Assembly (NCBI GenBank): GCA_032718475.1
Contig: JAUCBJ010001439.1
Location: forward strand, 1 to 63,717
Direction of reading: 5' to 3'
From: Nemertoderma westbladi
Taxonomy: Eukaryota > Animalia > Xenacoelomorpha
DNA: 63,717 bases
The notes beneath the pieces were generated by a model that worked only from the letters and a program-made list of their open reading frames with translations, ran no database searches and was not told where the DNA came from. This document shows, in pieces, positions 25,001 through 40,000 of this stretch (position 1 is the first letter of the stretch; every line of letters begins with the position of its first letter). A program made the translations under genes and the position numbers.

Positions 25001-28000
25001 ACGTCTGGAGGAAGGTTACACCGATAGTTCGAGGAACACTGAATTCGAACACAATAGACACCCGAAGGAACCACAAAGACCGGTACCTTCAAACCCCACA
25101 TCGTATCAGGGAAAAGCGCCAAGAAGGGAGAATATCAACCTGGTTACCAACCAAGGACGCGAAACTCTGAACGTTGCCGAGGAGATAGCGAAATTCGCAG
25201 CCAGACAAGGATTGCCGGTACAACAACCACCGAAGTTTTCCGGTAGCTCAAAACACTGGCATACTTTCGTAGACTATATCGAATCCCAGATCGCCGTGTG
25301 CGCCTTTACATTACGGGAGAAGTTCAATTACCTGCTTCAAACGTTGTCAGGAGAACCTAAACGTTTGGCGGAGACCTTCGTCGGTGTACCGGACGCCTTT
25401 GAACTAGCGTACGATCGTTTAACTTCGATATACGGAGGTACAGTTAGTATGGCCAGGTCAGTAATAGAGGAACTCTGTAAGGGAGGGGCTATCACTAAAC
25501 CCGTCGACTTATTAAAACTAGCTGACGAGATCAAGAACGCTATCACTACCTTAAGATCCATTGGACAACTTGATTACGGGAATACCCCTACAGTCCTATT
25601 AAAGATCATAGGACGACTCCACCATCGACTTCGTCGGGAGTGGAGAAAGGTCGAATACCAGCAAGAAGAGCGGGGAGGATTCTTAAAATTAGAAGATGTG
25701 TACCTTTTAATATCCAGGGAGGCAGTAGTAGAAACTCGATCCAACTACACCGACCAGCACATCGTGGCAGAAGGGATCACATTGCCATCCTCCAACCGAC
25801 AAAAACCCCAGACAACATCCACTAAGAGGGCCACTTACACCACACCGACGGAATCACGACAATTCTCGGACGGTAGTAGGGTATCTGCGCCCATTGGGAC
25901 AAAACAGACGAGACAACAACTTGGTACCGACTTCAGTGGCTGCCAATACTGCGAGCATTTAGGCAAGCGGTATATCGGTCACAAGTTACGAGGTTGTCGA
26001 CAATTTCGCGAGTTGAACTCGGAAGAACGACGGCTGCAAATACGGCCATTGGACTCTTGTTGGCGGTGTACGCGACACGTCCGTAAAGATTGCCCAAATA
26101 CTGACACTTGTCCATCCTGTGGACGCAACCACGACGGTCTGCTCCACACAGACAGCCACACGCCGACGAAACGCTTCGCCAGGGAACACCCGGAAGCAGC
26201 AGCGAGATGTGATGCGGCCTACCAAAAACGAGAATCGAAAACGACTCCAACCTTCGTGACCCATATTGAGGATTGCTTCTCAGAACAATCCGGATCGTCG
26301 GACGAAGAGTTAGAAGACGACGACGAATATTCCAATGGAGACGAACAACTGTGGATCGCGCTTCTGACTACTGACCAATTGAAGGGATTCAGTGTAATTC
26401 CGATTAAGGTTACTGGCACCAAGGGGAGCAAAAGAATCTACGCGATTCTAGATTCAGCCTCATCTCATAGCTACGTGGACGAAAAGATAGCTGACGTAGT
26501 GACGGATCTTAAACAAGGTAAGCGCGTCAGTTATACCGTAAGTAGTATGCACGGACAGCGTGCAATACCAGTGACACGAGTTAAGTTGGACTTAGACTCT
26601 CTTCTTCCGAAATCGCAACACAGTGAGAGGGAGAGGTCTTTGTTACCCTTTAAAGATCTAACCTTTGCGGCCACGAAGGACTTTAGTAACCTACTAGGTC
26701 CAGTGCCGGAACAATCTCTAGAGGACCGTAAGTATTTCAGACACCTTGGTGTACCCGAATGTCCTGTCAATTATAGATCGGTAGCAATGCTGATCGGGAC
26801 GGACCAATTCAACCTACATCAGGTGTGGGAAACCAGACCATCGGCAGTCGTAGCGGGAAACGCATACGCCTGCAGAACGCCGATAGGGTGGTATACTCGA
26901 GCGCCTGTGCGCACACTAGACGTAAGTGACGAGGAAGACGATGTACAGAGTACATGTAGTTTATTAACTACAAATTCAATTCATTCCTTTTCACACGACG
27001 TGAACCATACTACACTACAGTCGACAAAACATGACAGACGTGTAACTAGTATGATAAGTCACAAGGAGCGGCTAACCCACCAGCGGAGTTTAGAACTTGG
27101 GGAGAAGACGAGTCAGCTAGAGATTCCATCGACGACAGATGATAGGCTTGCGAGTCTACCTACCCCAATAACCTCAACAATACCCGTCGATATCGATGAT
27201 GACGCGTTGAGAAATCATCAAATGGAACAAGCCGCACTGGACAAAGAATTAACGGAGAAGACTATCAGGTGGTTAGAACAAGATACAGCTGAACCTGGTA
27301 GCTACGAACCTTGTATGTTGGAACAGGAGAAACAATCTCTGAAGATCATGGAAGATACTATCCACCAGACGAAAGACGGACATTATGAGGTGGGGATGTT
27401 ATGGCGTAGCCAAAGTCCTAAACTTATAAACAACTACCCACTGGCTTTAAGACGTCTACACTCAATACGGCAACGTCTATTAAAGGACGAGAAAGCCCAT
27501 CTGCAGTATAACACTCAGATGGAGACGTATTTGACTAAGGGATACGCTATCCGAATGACTAACCCGGAGATAGTGACTGACCAAACCTATTACTTGCCAC
27601 ATCACTATGTGAGACATCCCGACAAACCAGATAAAGTACGCGTAGTCAATGATTGTGCGGCTCTATTTGAGGGAATGTCCCTCAATAGTGAGTTAATGGA
27701 TGGACCAAACATGAATAATTATCTTATGGGGGTGATTATGCGCTTCCGTCAGCGTCAAGTAGCTTTTACTTGCGACGTTGAAGCAATGTTTCACCAAGTG
27801 AGAGTGTTAGAGCGAGACAGAGACAGTTTGCGGTTCCTCTGGTACCCGGAAGGAGACTTAAGTCTACCACCGGCGACTTACCAAATGCAAGTTCGCGTTT
27901 TCGGTGCCAGAGACAGCCCAAATTGCACGATGTACGCCCTAAAGCAGGCCGCTAGGGATCAGAAACACCTGTATGACCCAGAGATAATTAAAATCGTAGA

Positions 28001-31000
28001 ACATGACTTTTATGTAGACGACGGTTTACAGAGTTGCGATACAGTAGAACGTGCTACAACAGTAGCACATCAATTACGGGACTGCTTAGCGGGCGGAGGT
28101 TTTAACCTCACCAAATTCGCCTCAAACAGTGCCGAATTAGTAGACTCATTCGGGACGACTGAGCGTGGAGGTGGTGACATAGACCTAGAGTTCGAACCAC
28201 TACCGACGACTAAAGTGTTGGGGCTCTTTTGGGACCCAAACACAGACAACTTTCGAGTGAAAGTGAGACTGGACAGTCAAGAGAACACACTGACAAAGAG
28301 ATCATGCTTGTCAAAGTTGAGCCGATTGTTCGATCCGTTAGGATTCATCAGTCCAGTGATACTGCAAGCCCGCATTTATATGCGCAGTATATGGAAGGAT
28401 GGACTAACATGGGACGAGCCGATCTCATCAGACCAAGTGGACTTATGGAAGACCTGGGAGGCGGAATTATCTTCGCTAGAGGATTATTCCATACCCAGGG
28501 TTTACTTTCCATTACAAAGTACATTTCCTGACAACTTGGAACTACACTGTTTTTCTGACGCCAGTGACAATGGTTTTGGTGTGGCAGCGTACTTGCGCAG
28601 ACAAGTAGACTCAGACGAGTTCGATGTTTCGCTCATTACTTCTAAGGCTAAGACCATGCCTACTAAGTATATGACGACACCACGAGCTGAGCTACAAGCC
28701 GCAACCCTGTCAACCACCATCGTGAACCTCATACAGACAGAACTACAGTCGAGTTTACAGATATTTTATTGGACTGACGCGACGTTGGTTTTATTTTACA
28801 TAAACAACGACACACTCGAATTCAAGACATTCGTAGCTAACCGTCGCGCGGAAATTCTAGACCGTTCAATAAAAGAGGATTGGCGACATTGTCCCGGACC
28901 ACAAAACCCAGCTGATATTGCGTCGCGAGGAATGATGCCTGAGGAATTCTGTAAACCGGAGAACAAAGAATTTTGGCAACACGGACCCCAATTCTTGCAG
29001 AAATCGACACAAGATTGGCCTCCGTTATACGACAACAAATCTAACACTATCCCTAAGGACGCCGAAATCAAGAAACCAAAAAAGGGGAAGGCAAAGAAAA
29101 AGACAACGGCGGCAAAACTCAAGAAAAAACCGAAGGCGAAATGGAAAGATATAACTTCAAAGGTCAAGAGAGGAAGACTTGTGAGCCTTTCTACACCAGA
29201 CATATCGCCAGACGGTCAACCAGACACATTACTAGACAGTCGACTAGACATTTTGTCAGAAACATCACAAAATGTTCTACCGGACATTAGTAATGTATCG
29301 ACTAACAGTAAAGCCGCAGTTTCCCTATTGGAGCGGCCTTCTATTGACATACAACCAGATACGTTACCAGACGTATCACCAGACACATTACTAGACAGTC
29401 GACTAGACATTTTGTCAGAAACATCACAAAATGTTCTACCGGACATTAGTAATGTATCGACTAACAATAAAGCCGCAGTTTCCCTATTGGAGCGGCCTTG
29501 TATTGACAAACTACCAATTTTGACACACTTGAGCAACCATAAGCACGGTGAAACTTCATGTATTACAGATGTGGGTAGTACCTACGCTAATGTAAATACA
29601 GGTGTTACTTTGCGCTCAAGAGACATACCGAACTTGCAACCTATGGTGAAACCTGGGATTAATATCGGCAGAAAAATAAGTTTACCGAAACCCACTGATC
29701 CCATAGAGTTCAAACCACCATTAACGATCGACTTACAAAGTACCGACAATCAAGGTAAGAAGACGAAGAAGGACAAATTACTTGTAGACCCGGACGGATC
29801 AACAGTCAACAAGGGAATACTTACCGGCGGACCCGTGGGCCCTTCTAGTAAATCAAAACCTTCCAAAATTTCCATTGACTTACCTGATGACGTCACAAAT
29901 ACTTACGTCGACCGTATTGTAAACTTAACAGACTCTTGGACAAACGCTTGCCGAAAATTAGCGTGGATTGTACGTTTTGTACAATACGTTAAAGGCAAAC
30001 GAGACTTTACACGTCGACTTACATTGGCTGAGATTGACAGGTGTGAGATTAAATTAATTCGCCATTATCAACTGCGATATTTCGCGCGCGAATTCACATC
30101 CATAAATCAAGGTCAATCAATCAAGTCGTCACCAATACTGAGTTGGAGTCCGATTATTTATAATGGCTTAATTTGTCATAAATCTCGGCTTCAAAACATT
30201 GACTTTAACACAAACTTTAGGTACCCAATAATAATACCGCAACATCACGAACTACAACGTGCAATGATACTGGACGCACATTTACATCTGAAACACGCTG
30301 GAAGACACCACTGTCTTTCCTACTTACGTACAAGATTTGTATTAATTAGACCCAGTAAAGCATTAAGTTCAGTGACACGTACGTGTATTATTTGTAAAAA
30401 GGTACATTCTAGAATAGGTACCCAAGAAATGAGTGAACTACCACAAGCACGACTTCAAGCATTCAAACCACCTTTTACAGAGACTGGAATTGATTGCTTT
30501 GGTCCCATACATACGAAACGTGGACGTATACTAGTAAAACGCTGGGGACTGATTTTCACATGTATGTCCAGTAGGGCAGTTCACATTGAACGTGTGATGG
30601 ATCTTTCCACCAACGCGTTTATACTAGCACTGCGGCGATTTATCGCTAGACGCGGACTAGTGAAATGCTTGTACTCAGACCAAGGGACAAACTTTGTTGG
30701 TGCTCGGAATGAGATTGCTAGAGCCTTTAAGAAATTAGATCACGATCAAATCTCGAACGAACTGCAACCTCACAAGATTGTTTGGAAGTTCAATCCTCCA
30801 GATAGTCCTTGGAGAGGCGGAGTCTGGGAGAGATTGATTAGATCTATAAAGACGGCAATGGCAAAGGTCATTCCAGTAAACCACATACTGACAGACGACC
30901 AACTGACAACATTGTTTGTTGAAATCGAGGCAATACTAAATACTAGACCAATAGTATTAGTACCCGATGACAAACAATCTCAGTTCGCTTTGACACCGGC

Positions 31001-34000
31001 ACACCTGCTTATGCAGGCACCGACTACTTTGACGCCGATTTCTATTCCAACAGAAAGCGACAGCTACGGTAGAAAAGCGTGGAAAATCACGCAACTACTG
31101 GCTAACAAATTCTGGGAAATATGGCAAAACCATTATTTGCCCTCTATTTCTGCCAGAACAACTTGGTACAATAACACCCGCGCATTAAAGCCGGGAGATC
31201 ACGTGCTGTTGGCGGAAGTGAATCTAAAAAGACGCTTCTGGATAACAGGTGTAATTTTAGCCACACATCCATCTATGGATAGAGTGACAAGAACTGTGAC
31301 GGTACGGACAATTGACGGTCGTACAGTAGACAGACCGACTCAACGTCTCGTACTTCTTGAAGAGACTCGTAACGAGTCTGGAGACTACAAATTTCCACCT
31401 AATACTAGTAAATAATTAGGAGTTTACAAATAGATTTCCACATACCTGTACACCGTAGTAAGGACAGCGGTAGAATTCCATTGTCTTTATATGTGAACAT
31501 TGAGGGTGGTACCCTTATGTGTCACATAGGAGCGGGATTTGTAGGTATAAGAAATGGAATTCTACTTGGAACTCACAATATTGAGACATTTTCGAAATTT
31601 TAGACAATCCATTTGGATTTGAAAAATTTTTAAAATTTTCTCCAGTGAATAGATTTCAGGGTACAGTCGGGTGGAACTTAAAATTAGAGAAACAAGAGAG
31701 GAAGACTTGCGAGCCTTTCTTAAAATTTTAATTAAATTTTACACGGTCTTGTTTCAATAAGTTACGTCAATAAATAGACTCCCCTATATTTATTACTAAT
31801 TCTTGATTGCTTATTTTCTGATAATAGTTTGGGATCAAAAAGTGAGTATTTTAGACTCACGGCCAGTTTAGCCCAAATTCGTTTTTTACTTCGGCAAAAA
31901 AAATTTTAGATAAGAAGCAGCGTGTCATTAAAGAAACCCTAGATCTTAGGCTATGGGTAGGAGGTTAGAGCGTTGTCGAGCCCAAAGGGCAGACGAAACT
32001 CTCACGTCTCCTCACAACTAACTACAAACTCTGTTGTATTCCCTCTAGTAGTAATGATTATGTAACTACACCCCTAATTATGGAGAAAGGGATACAAGGA
32101 GAGCCGAGATGGGGATATGATATCCAAGAGGAGGCAGCAGCGCCATTCGAAAGATTTGGAGCCAAGGACTATACTATATTTGGTATAAAGGAATTATCGG
32201 AAAGTACAGCGAAACTCGCGAGAACTAAATATGACTCGAACGTATTAAAGAGAAGGCAAAACGCATTAAACGAAAGAATCGAAAGTTTGCGCCAAACCTT
32301 CAACGAACTTTACCCGTACGACGCTTTGTGTGATACGGGAGACATTAGCGAAGACCCCGATACTGAAATTAGTCGTTTGTATCATACCATGCAATACCTA
32401 AAGGCGCACGAACCTATGCCCGCGGTACGCGATGAATTCGATGGAATGCATCTTTACAGACGAACTCGAGGGGACGATAGAGAAACCAAGGAAGCATTTT
32501 CAGTTTATAAACTTTATTATCAATGCGGTTCTTGTATGCGCGAACAACGAAATGCGATTCCGATGCGTTTGAATAAGGAAAATCCCGAACCGATATTGGC
32601 GAGGTGTTCGAACCATCAACAACTACGCTACCAGGAAGGAGGGTATCCTTTATCGAATCCATATCATTCATTTGCTATGACCGGACCAAAGGCGGGAGAA
32701 ACTGTCATTTACCCACCTAAGGTTGTTGAACCCGATGTATTTGAACTTACGCTGGACGAGGCGAATCAGTCAACCCACGAAAAGAAAGAAGCTCTTAGCC
32801 TATACAGAGCCTACAAGGCTTTCGAGAAAGGTGAGATGGAAGAATGGGGTGGAAGACTCGCGAGCCTACCTTGCCATTGGACGTCACACGATCAAACTTC
32901 AGCTAAGGAGATGACACCGGAAGTTTTCGAGAGCATAAACTTTGCTCAAAACGTTATTCAGAGACTACAGATTGCATCCCCGGAGAGGCCAAGAGAAATG
33001 CAACCGTATAGTACTTCAACTACGAAACCATTGAGTACGACACTCAATTTCCCTATTAGTATACCAGTCCGACAGGATACGATGTACGAAATACCCATCG
33101 TGGATCATCCAGAAATCATTTCAAACTTGGAGTTTCTTCCTGCAGTTGTTTTCAGCGATATGAGTAAGATATATGATTTACGTAGACATATTACTCAAAA
33201 GGTCGTGTACAACGTTCCACCTCATATTCAAGATTTCAAGGAACTGGATAGAGCTGGTGCCGATATAGCTCCGAGTAATCTGAAAGGATATCTAACCAAG
33301 ACGATTCGTTTATGGATTGGAACCGGAACCTTCGAGTCGGATACAGATATTGCCGCGGATTGGCGAGGTAAGGTTATTCGTTTCGAAGATGATAAGGATA
33401 TAGAGAAGATTTGGCAACCTTCGGAAGAATTGTTGGATGAATGGAATAGAACGTTTAGATCGTTTCAGGAAAACGGTTACATGTTTTACGATAACGAGGG
33501 CGGCAGTCATCAGCAGAGTTTGACTTCTAAGACTATACAGATTAGAGCGGCGGACGGAGTCCTGCACGTTTTCAGTAGACAGAGGAGCGACAAACGAATG
33601 CCGATACCTCCAGCGAATACAAAGCGACACCATCTTATCACCGATATAGTAAAGAAGATGGACCAAGCTTGTAATATCGACGCTAGAATGCTACCGAAGA
33701 TGGTAAGAAACATGATTTTAGATAAAACTGTTGTAAAGATTGGATCAGGAGTAAGGGAGGATTTAATTAGCGACTTCGCCGGCATGACGGACAGCGATGA
33801 CCGACTACCGACACCTTACGTCGACACTCGACCTCTTATTTTGTGGTCTATAGAACAGGGATATTTTCGTGAGTACAATACTCAGAAGACCGGAACTGGA
33901 TACATTTCCTACCTGTTATTCAATTGGGATTATAAGGAAGGTAAGAGAAACAAGTATATTGAAACTTATGGAGAAGGTGATACTCCAGATATGAGTGAGT

Positions 34001-37000
34001 TTGAATCACAGCTTAAATGGAGAGGATGCGTGTATTGGGCTATTACGTCACCTCCAAGAGCGGTCTTACAATATTATTTAGCAATAGAGTCGTCAGTGAA
34101 TGTTTGCCTAATCGCCGACATTGTGTCTCGGACTCTCAAAAGACATCCACTTTGTCTCGGAGAAGATCATACGTTCTACATGGAAGGGAGAATTCGTACC
34201 GACGTGTTTAGACGATTCCTTGAACCCTTCTACAACTCCTGTCGCGAATGCAATGACAAGGATCTAAGTTCGTTTTACCCCTTACAGCAGCCTACTAACT
34301 GACTAACTAATATACTACCGTACCGGTACCGGGATCTAAGTACGAGTACAATACAGTGTGCCAGTACACAGTGCAGAATTGATGATATTGATAAATATAT
34401 ATATTATAATAATTCTAGCGATAAATGATACTTCTGTACTTTATTCTATTCCACTTATATTCGCTACATGGTAGCAGAGCGTTATGACTGTCAGTCGAAT
34501 GGGCTACAGACTGCTGTATTAACTTATTAATGGGCGCCTATTCAGCTATTGCTGTGTTGTCAACCTACAGACCTACATAACATACGGCCGATGTCTGTAT
34601 GTCTGTATACTGAAATTTACTCAACTGGAAACTATCATATATTTATGTATTACTTTAACTACGGTAACTACCGGCTGCTGGATGCCGCGCCACGCTGGTA
34701 GGCTATAAGTAAATTTAGATAAACAGAATTGCCAAATTATACCTCGTACTGGATGCTATTTATTACTACCGGCACCGGATACCGGTCCGGACATACACCA
34801 GTCATGCCAGTGCACAGATGTAATACGGTACGAAGATGGTTGAAAACTGCAAACTGTAAGTGCAATACAGCAATAAGAAGAAAACGCTGAAACGTAAAAC
34901 AAAAGCAAGGTTTGTAGAACATAATTAATTTGCAATTCAGCAATTAATAAATACTGAAATAAATTATTAGGCTTCATGGTGAAAAACATGATATCTGGAT
35001 ATTCACGAATTTATTTCAGCAAGTACTGAAATAAGGCCTAAACGCCTAATGAAATATTCCTTTGGTTGTTAACTAAGCTATCAACAACATTTTGTGAATG
35101 AATTGCAGAATTATACACCGGCACTTCAATAAACCGCCGGTACTGGCCTAATAGCCCACATTGTGACAAATCATTTGATTACTCTTAAGTATTAACCTAT
35201 AGGCCTATTCATATATGGGTCGGTTGTTAACAGAGCTATTAACATCCATTTTCTACTCCATATCGTTTATACAATAACTAAAATAAAATATATAATATGG
35301 AGGAGACAAAAAGATTAAGAAAATATAAACAGCAAAGAAATGCTGTCCGGACAAATATAAAGAAAGAGTTTACTGAAGCAGGTATTTTGTTAGATGCTGG
35401 CTCTCAGGTAAATATAGAAGATTTAAGAATTATATACGGTAAAATAAATAGATACTACACAAATTTAAAGGAATATGATGAAAAAATATTTGACCTTATT
35501 GAAGAAGTAGACGAGGATGAGGAAGTTTCGATTGTATCTACATTTGATAGCAATGTAAATGATTATTTAACTAAGCTTGATACTAGAGTAATGATGCTCA
35601 CTGAAAATATGAATACAACACTGGAACCTTCATATGTAGGCCGAAATCCCCCTGGTACATCTTTTAACACTTTCGTATCAGGTACCAGTGATATTAATTC
35701 TCATGTCAAACTCCCCAAACTAGAGTTTGAAGGTTATGATGGTGGTTTTTTAAAATGGAGAGAATTTTGGGATTCTTTTGATGCTGCGATTAATAGAAAC
35801 ACTAAATTGCAACCTGTAGAAAAACTGCAATATTTAAAGTCCAAATTACAGGGTGATGCAAAACAAGCTATTTTAGGCATTGAACTAACTAACGAAAATT
35901 ATGATGTCGCAGTAAAAATTTTAGAAGAAAGATTTGGTAACAAACAGTTTACTATTGATGCTCATTACTCTGAGTTAATGTCAGTTCCACCATCCTCGAA
36001 CAATACAGCAATGCTTAGAACAACATATGATATTTTAGAAAGACATTTTAGAAGTTTGATTGCTCTAGGGGAAGAAATAAACCAGGCTGTCTTTATTTCA
36101 TTAATTAATTCAAAATTCCCCACTCAGATAAAGGTTCAGTTGGAACTCCAAAAAGACCCTGAAGAGGATTGGACTGTTGATTCCTTGAGAAAACATATAA
36201 AGAAATTTATAACTGCCCGAGAGGCTGGAGAAAGATGTAGTGGACAATCTGAAAATAAAGAAAGGGATAAAAAACAGATGTCTATAGATCCGAAGTCTAC
36301 TAGTCCACACGCCTACAAGTCAACATATCCACAACAGAAGCCTATCTACAAATCAACAACAGAAGCACTAACTGTAAGTTCTAACCATGAGTTCACTAAA
36401 GTTTGTTTGTACTGTAAGGGTGAACATTGGAGTGACGAATGTAAAAAATATGATGATGCTGATTCAAGACGAATGCAAATTAAGGGTCATTGCTACATTT
36501 GTGCAAAGAAAGGACATAGTTCAAACCAGTGTAGAATTGATAAACCATGTGTCTACTGTAAAAAACGCCGTAGTCACCATAGAAGTTTATGCTTTAAACA
36601 ATTTCCATCTAAGAAACCAACAAGTGGCAACAGCAGAGGTTTTTCTGCAAATTTTGCATCAGTAGAAAGTTCAGTGCCTGCAACAATTGACATCAACTGT
36701 AATGATTTATCAGCAACTGACACAAACAACAGTAAAATTGAAAACTGTACATTAGCTTCTGATAATGTTGTAGTAATGCAAACAGCCTTAGTAAAACTAA
36801 AGAACCCTGTTGCATCGATGGATTATACTGTAAGAACTTTGTTCGACACTGGATGTAAACGAACTACTATTACTGAGAAACTGGCTAGAAAACTTGGATT
36901 GAAACTGTTTGACAAGAAAATTGATACAGTAAATACATTTGGTCGTAAAGAACCAACCGAAATTAGAAGTGCTGAAACAGAAGTTGTTGTTTTATGTAAA

Positions 37001-40000
37001 GATGGAACTTCCCAAATTGTTAATTGCAAAGTTGTTAACATAATAACTGGCGAATTACAACGCCAAACTATCAATATTAATAACTCAAACTTCTTATTAA
37101 GTAGTTTACCACTTGCAGACCCACAACCAATTAAAAACGAAGTGGTAACCATTGATTTCTTAATCGGAAATGACTATTATTGTGATTTTGTCACTGGTGA
37201 AAGAATTACTATCGATAAAGGAACATATTTGTTAGGTTCTAAGTTTGGATGGATGTTATCAGGTCGTTTTGAATGTGAACAGCCCAATGAACAAGCAAAT
37301 GAAAATTGCCTATTAACTATTGATAGCCCAAAAATACCTGGAACTCATGAAATCCATTCTTTAGAAAACTTTTGGAAATTAGAAACTATTGGTATTAAAG
37401 ATACAACAGTGAATGAAATTGATGACGATGTAGCTATGGAGTTATTTAATAAAAGTATTGCATATGATATCAAAGAAAATAGATATTTTGTTTCTTGGCC
37501 ATGGAAACATGCAGAAACTATTGATTTAGTAGACAACAAAGAATTAGCACTGGGTAGATTTAAAACCTTATTGCGACGATTTCAAAATGATGAAACTTTA
37601 TTCAAATCATATGCTACAATAATAGATAACCAAATAAAAAAGGGAATTATTGAAATGGTCGACGAAAATGAGTGTGAGAGTCACAAACTCCATTATATTC
37701 CACATCATCCTGTTGTTGATTACAAAAGATTATCAACCAAGGTCAGAATTGTATATGATGCATCTTCAAAGTCAAAGTCAAAAAATAAAAGTTTAAATGA
37801 ATGCTTATATAGAGGACCTTGCAAGTTACAGGACTTATGCAGCCTGTTATTACGATTAAGAATGTGGAATATTGTTATCTTAGCAGATGTTGAGAAAGCA
37901 TTTCTCCAAGTTGGCCTAAACCGAACCGAGCGGGATGTAACTAGATTTTTCTGGCTAAAAGATACATCCCTTCCATCAACAAAGGACAATATTGCAGTTT
38001 ACAGATTTTGTAGAATCTTGTTTGGAATAATCTCCAGTACATTTATATTAGCTGCAACCATTGATCACCATTTATCCCTTCCTAATGTAGACTCTCCAAA
38101 TGCAAAACAGTTACTCAATGATATTTATGTTGATAACATAATTAGTGGTAAAAATACACTACCAGAAGCAATTGAATTTTATAATGAATCAAAGAAAATA
38201 TTTAATGCTGCTTCAATGAACATTAGACAATATATGTCTAATTCTAATGAGTTTATTGAGAGTCTACCTGAAGATGATAACGTTGACAAAGATAGTTTAA
38301 AGGTGCTTGGTGTAACATGGAATAGAATATCAGATACATTATCTGTTAAAGGACCAACACAAACTGAATCTATGAATGATATCTATACAAAAAGATCTGT
38401 TTTTAGCATACATGCAAAAACCTTTGACCCTATGGGTTTCTTTAATCCTGTAACATTAGCCTCTAAAATATTCATTCAATCCTTGTGGATAGAAAACAAT
38501 AATATGAAGTGGGATGATAGACTAAATGAATATCAAATAGCACAATGGAAAGATATTGTAATTGAACTACAACAAATATCAACTCACCAAATACCACGCC
38601 GCTTTTGCTATGTTGATGATAGTAAAATAATATATGATATTGTGGGATTTTCTGATGCATCAAAATATGCATATGCTGCTGCAGTCTATTTACGAATCAC
38701 TAATCATGAAGCAATAAAAACTTGTCTAGTTTTCTCTAAAAATAGATTAACACCAGCAAAAACAATTGCTAAAAATGATATCAGTATTCCCAAATCTGAA
38801 TTACTAGGTTTTGTTATAACATTACGTGCAATGGTATTTGTTGCTCAATCATTAAATGTGACAATTACAAACAAAACATTGTTTACTGATTCACAATGTT
38901 GCTTAGATTGGTTAAAATCTCCAAGATCTATAAGCAAATTTATTGACAAACAAATAATGGAAATAAAATCACAAATAGATGTATGTTTTAGATATGTCAT
39001 TAGCTCTGACAACCCTGCTGATTTAGCTACACGTAAACAATCTGCAGTTGATATTAAAGAATCTCATTTATGGTGGGAAGGCCCAGAATGGTTGAAAGAA
39101 CCAGAAACTTCATGGCCAATATGGAACAGAATTCCAATTACTAACGAAATGATAGAAAATATATCAAGTAACAGACCACAAACCTTATATGAAGTTGGAT
39201 TACTTGCTTCTACTGTAATAAAGAACAGTCCCTTTGAGTTAGATATAAATAATTTCTCTACCTTGAAAAGATTAATTCGAGTCACTTCATGGATTCAACG
39301 ATTTATTAATAACTGTCGAAAGAAGACAAACATAAAAGACAAGTTCCTTCTACCTTCCGAGTTAGAAAAATCCAAACTAATGTGGGAACTTCATATCCAA
39401 AAACAATATTATGGTAAAATTATTATAGATATAAAACACAAGAAGAAGAACAATTTACAGTGTCAGCTCGGATTACAAATACATGAAAATGGACTTATTC
39501 ATTGCCATGGACGTTATGATTATGTGGACTTAATGGAAAGTGCTAAATTTCCAAAATTATTACCAAAAGCATCCAAATACACAGAATTAACAGTCCTAAA
39601 GTTCCATGTTGATGTTTTACATTCAGGAATATCTCATACGCTATCTCAAATACGCCAAGAATACTGGATACCACATGGTCGAACAGTAGTACGATCTATA
39701 ATCAGAAATTGCAAAATATGCAAAAGGAAGGATGGAGGACCTTACAAATCCCCCCTGATGCCATCATGGCCATCTATACGTGTTTCAAGTTCTAGTGCCT
39801 TTACCAATGTTGGTCTTGATTATCTTGGTCCGTTGTATATCAAGGATAACAATAATACAACTGTGAAGGTCTGGGGATGTTTATTCACATGTTTGACAGT
39901 TTGTTAGAGCTGTCCATTTGGAAGTTGTACTTGATATGACTACTGATGAATTCATATTATGTTTGAGGAGATTCTTTGCTCGCTATAGCAAACCTAAACT

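Noticed and set aside
31945-32012. Hammerhead ribozyme before ORF3 (GACGAAAC)
   Set aside because: Forms an imperfect hairpin but lacks the CUGANGA core
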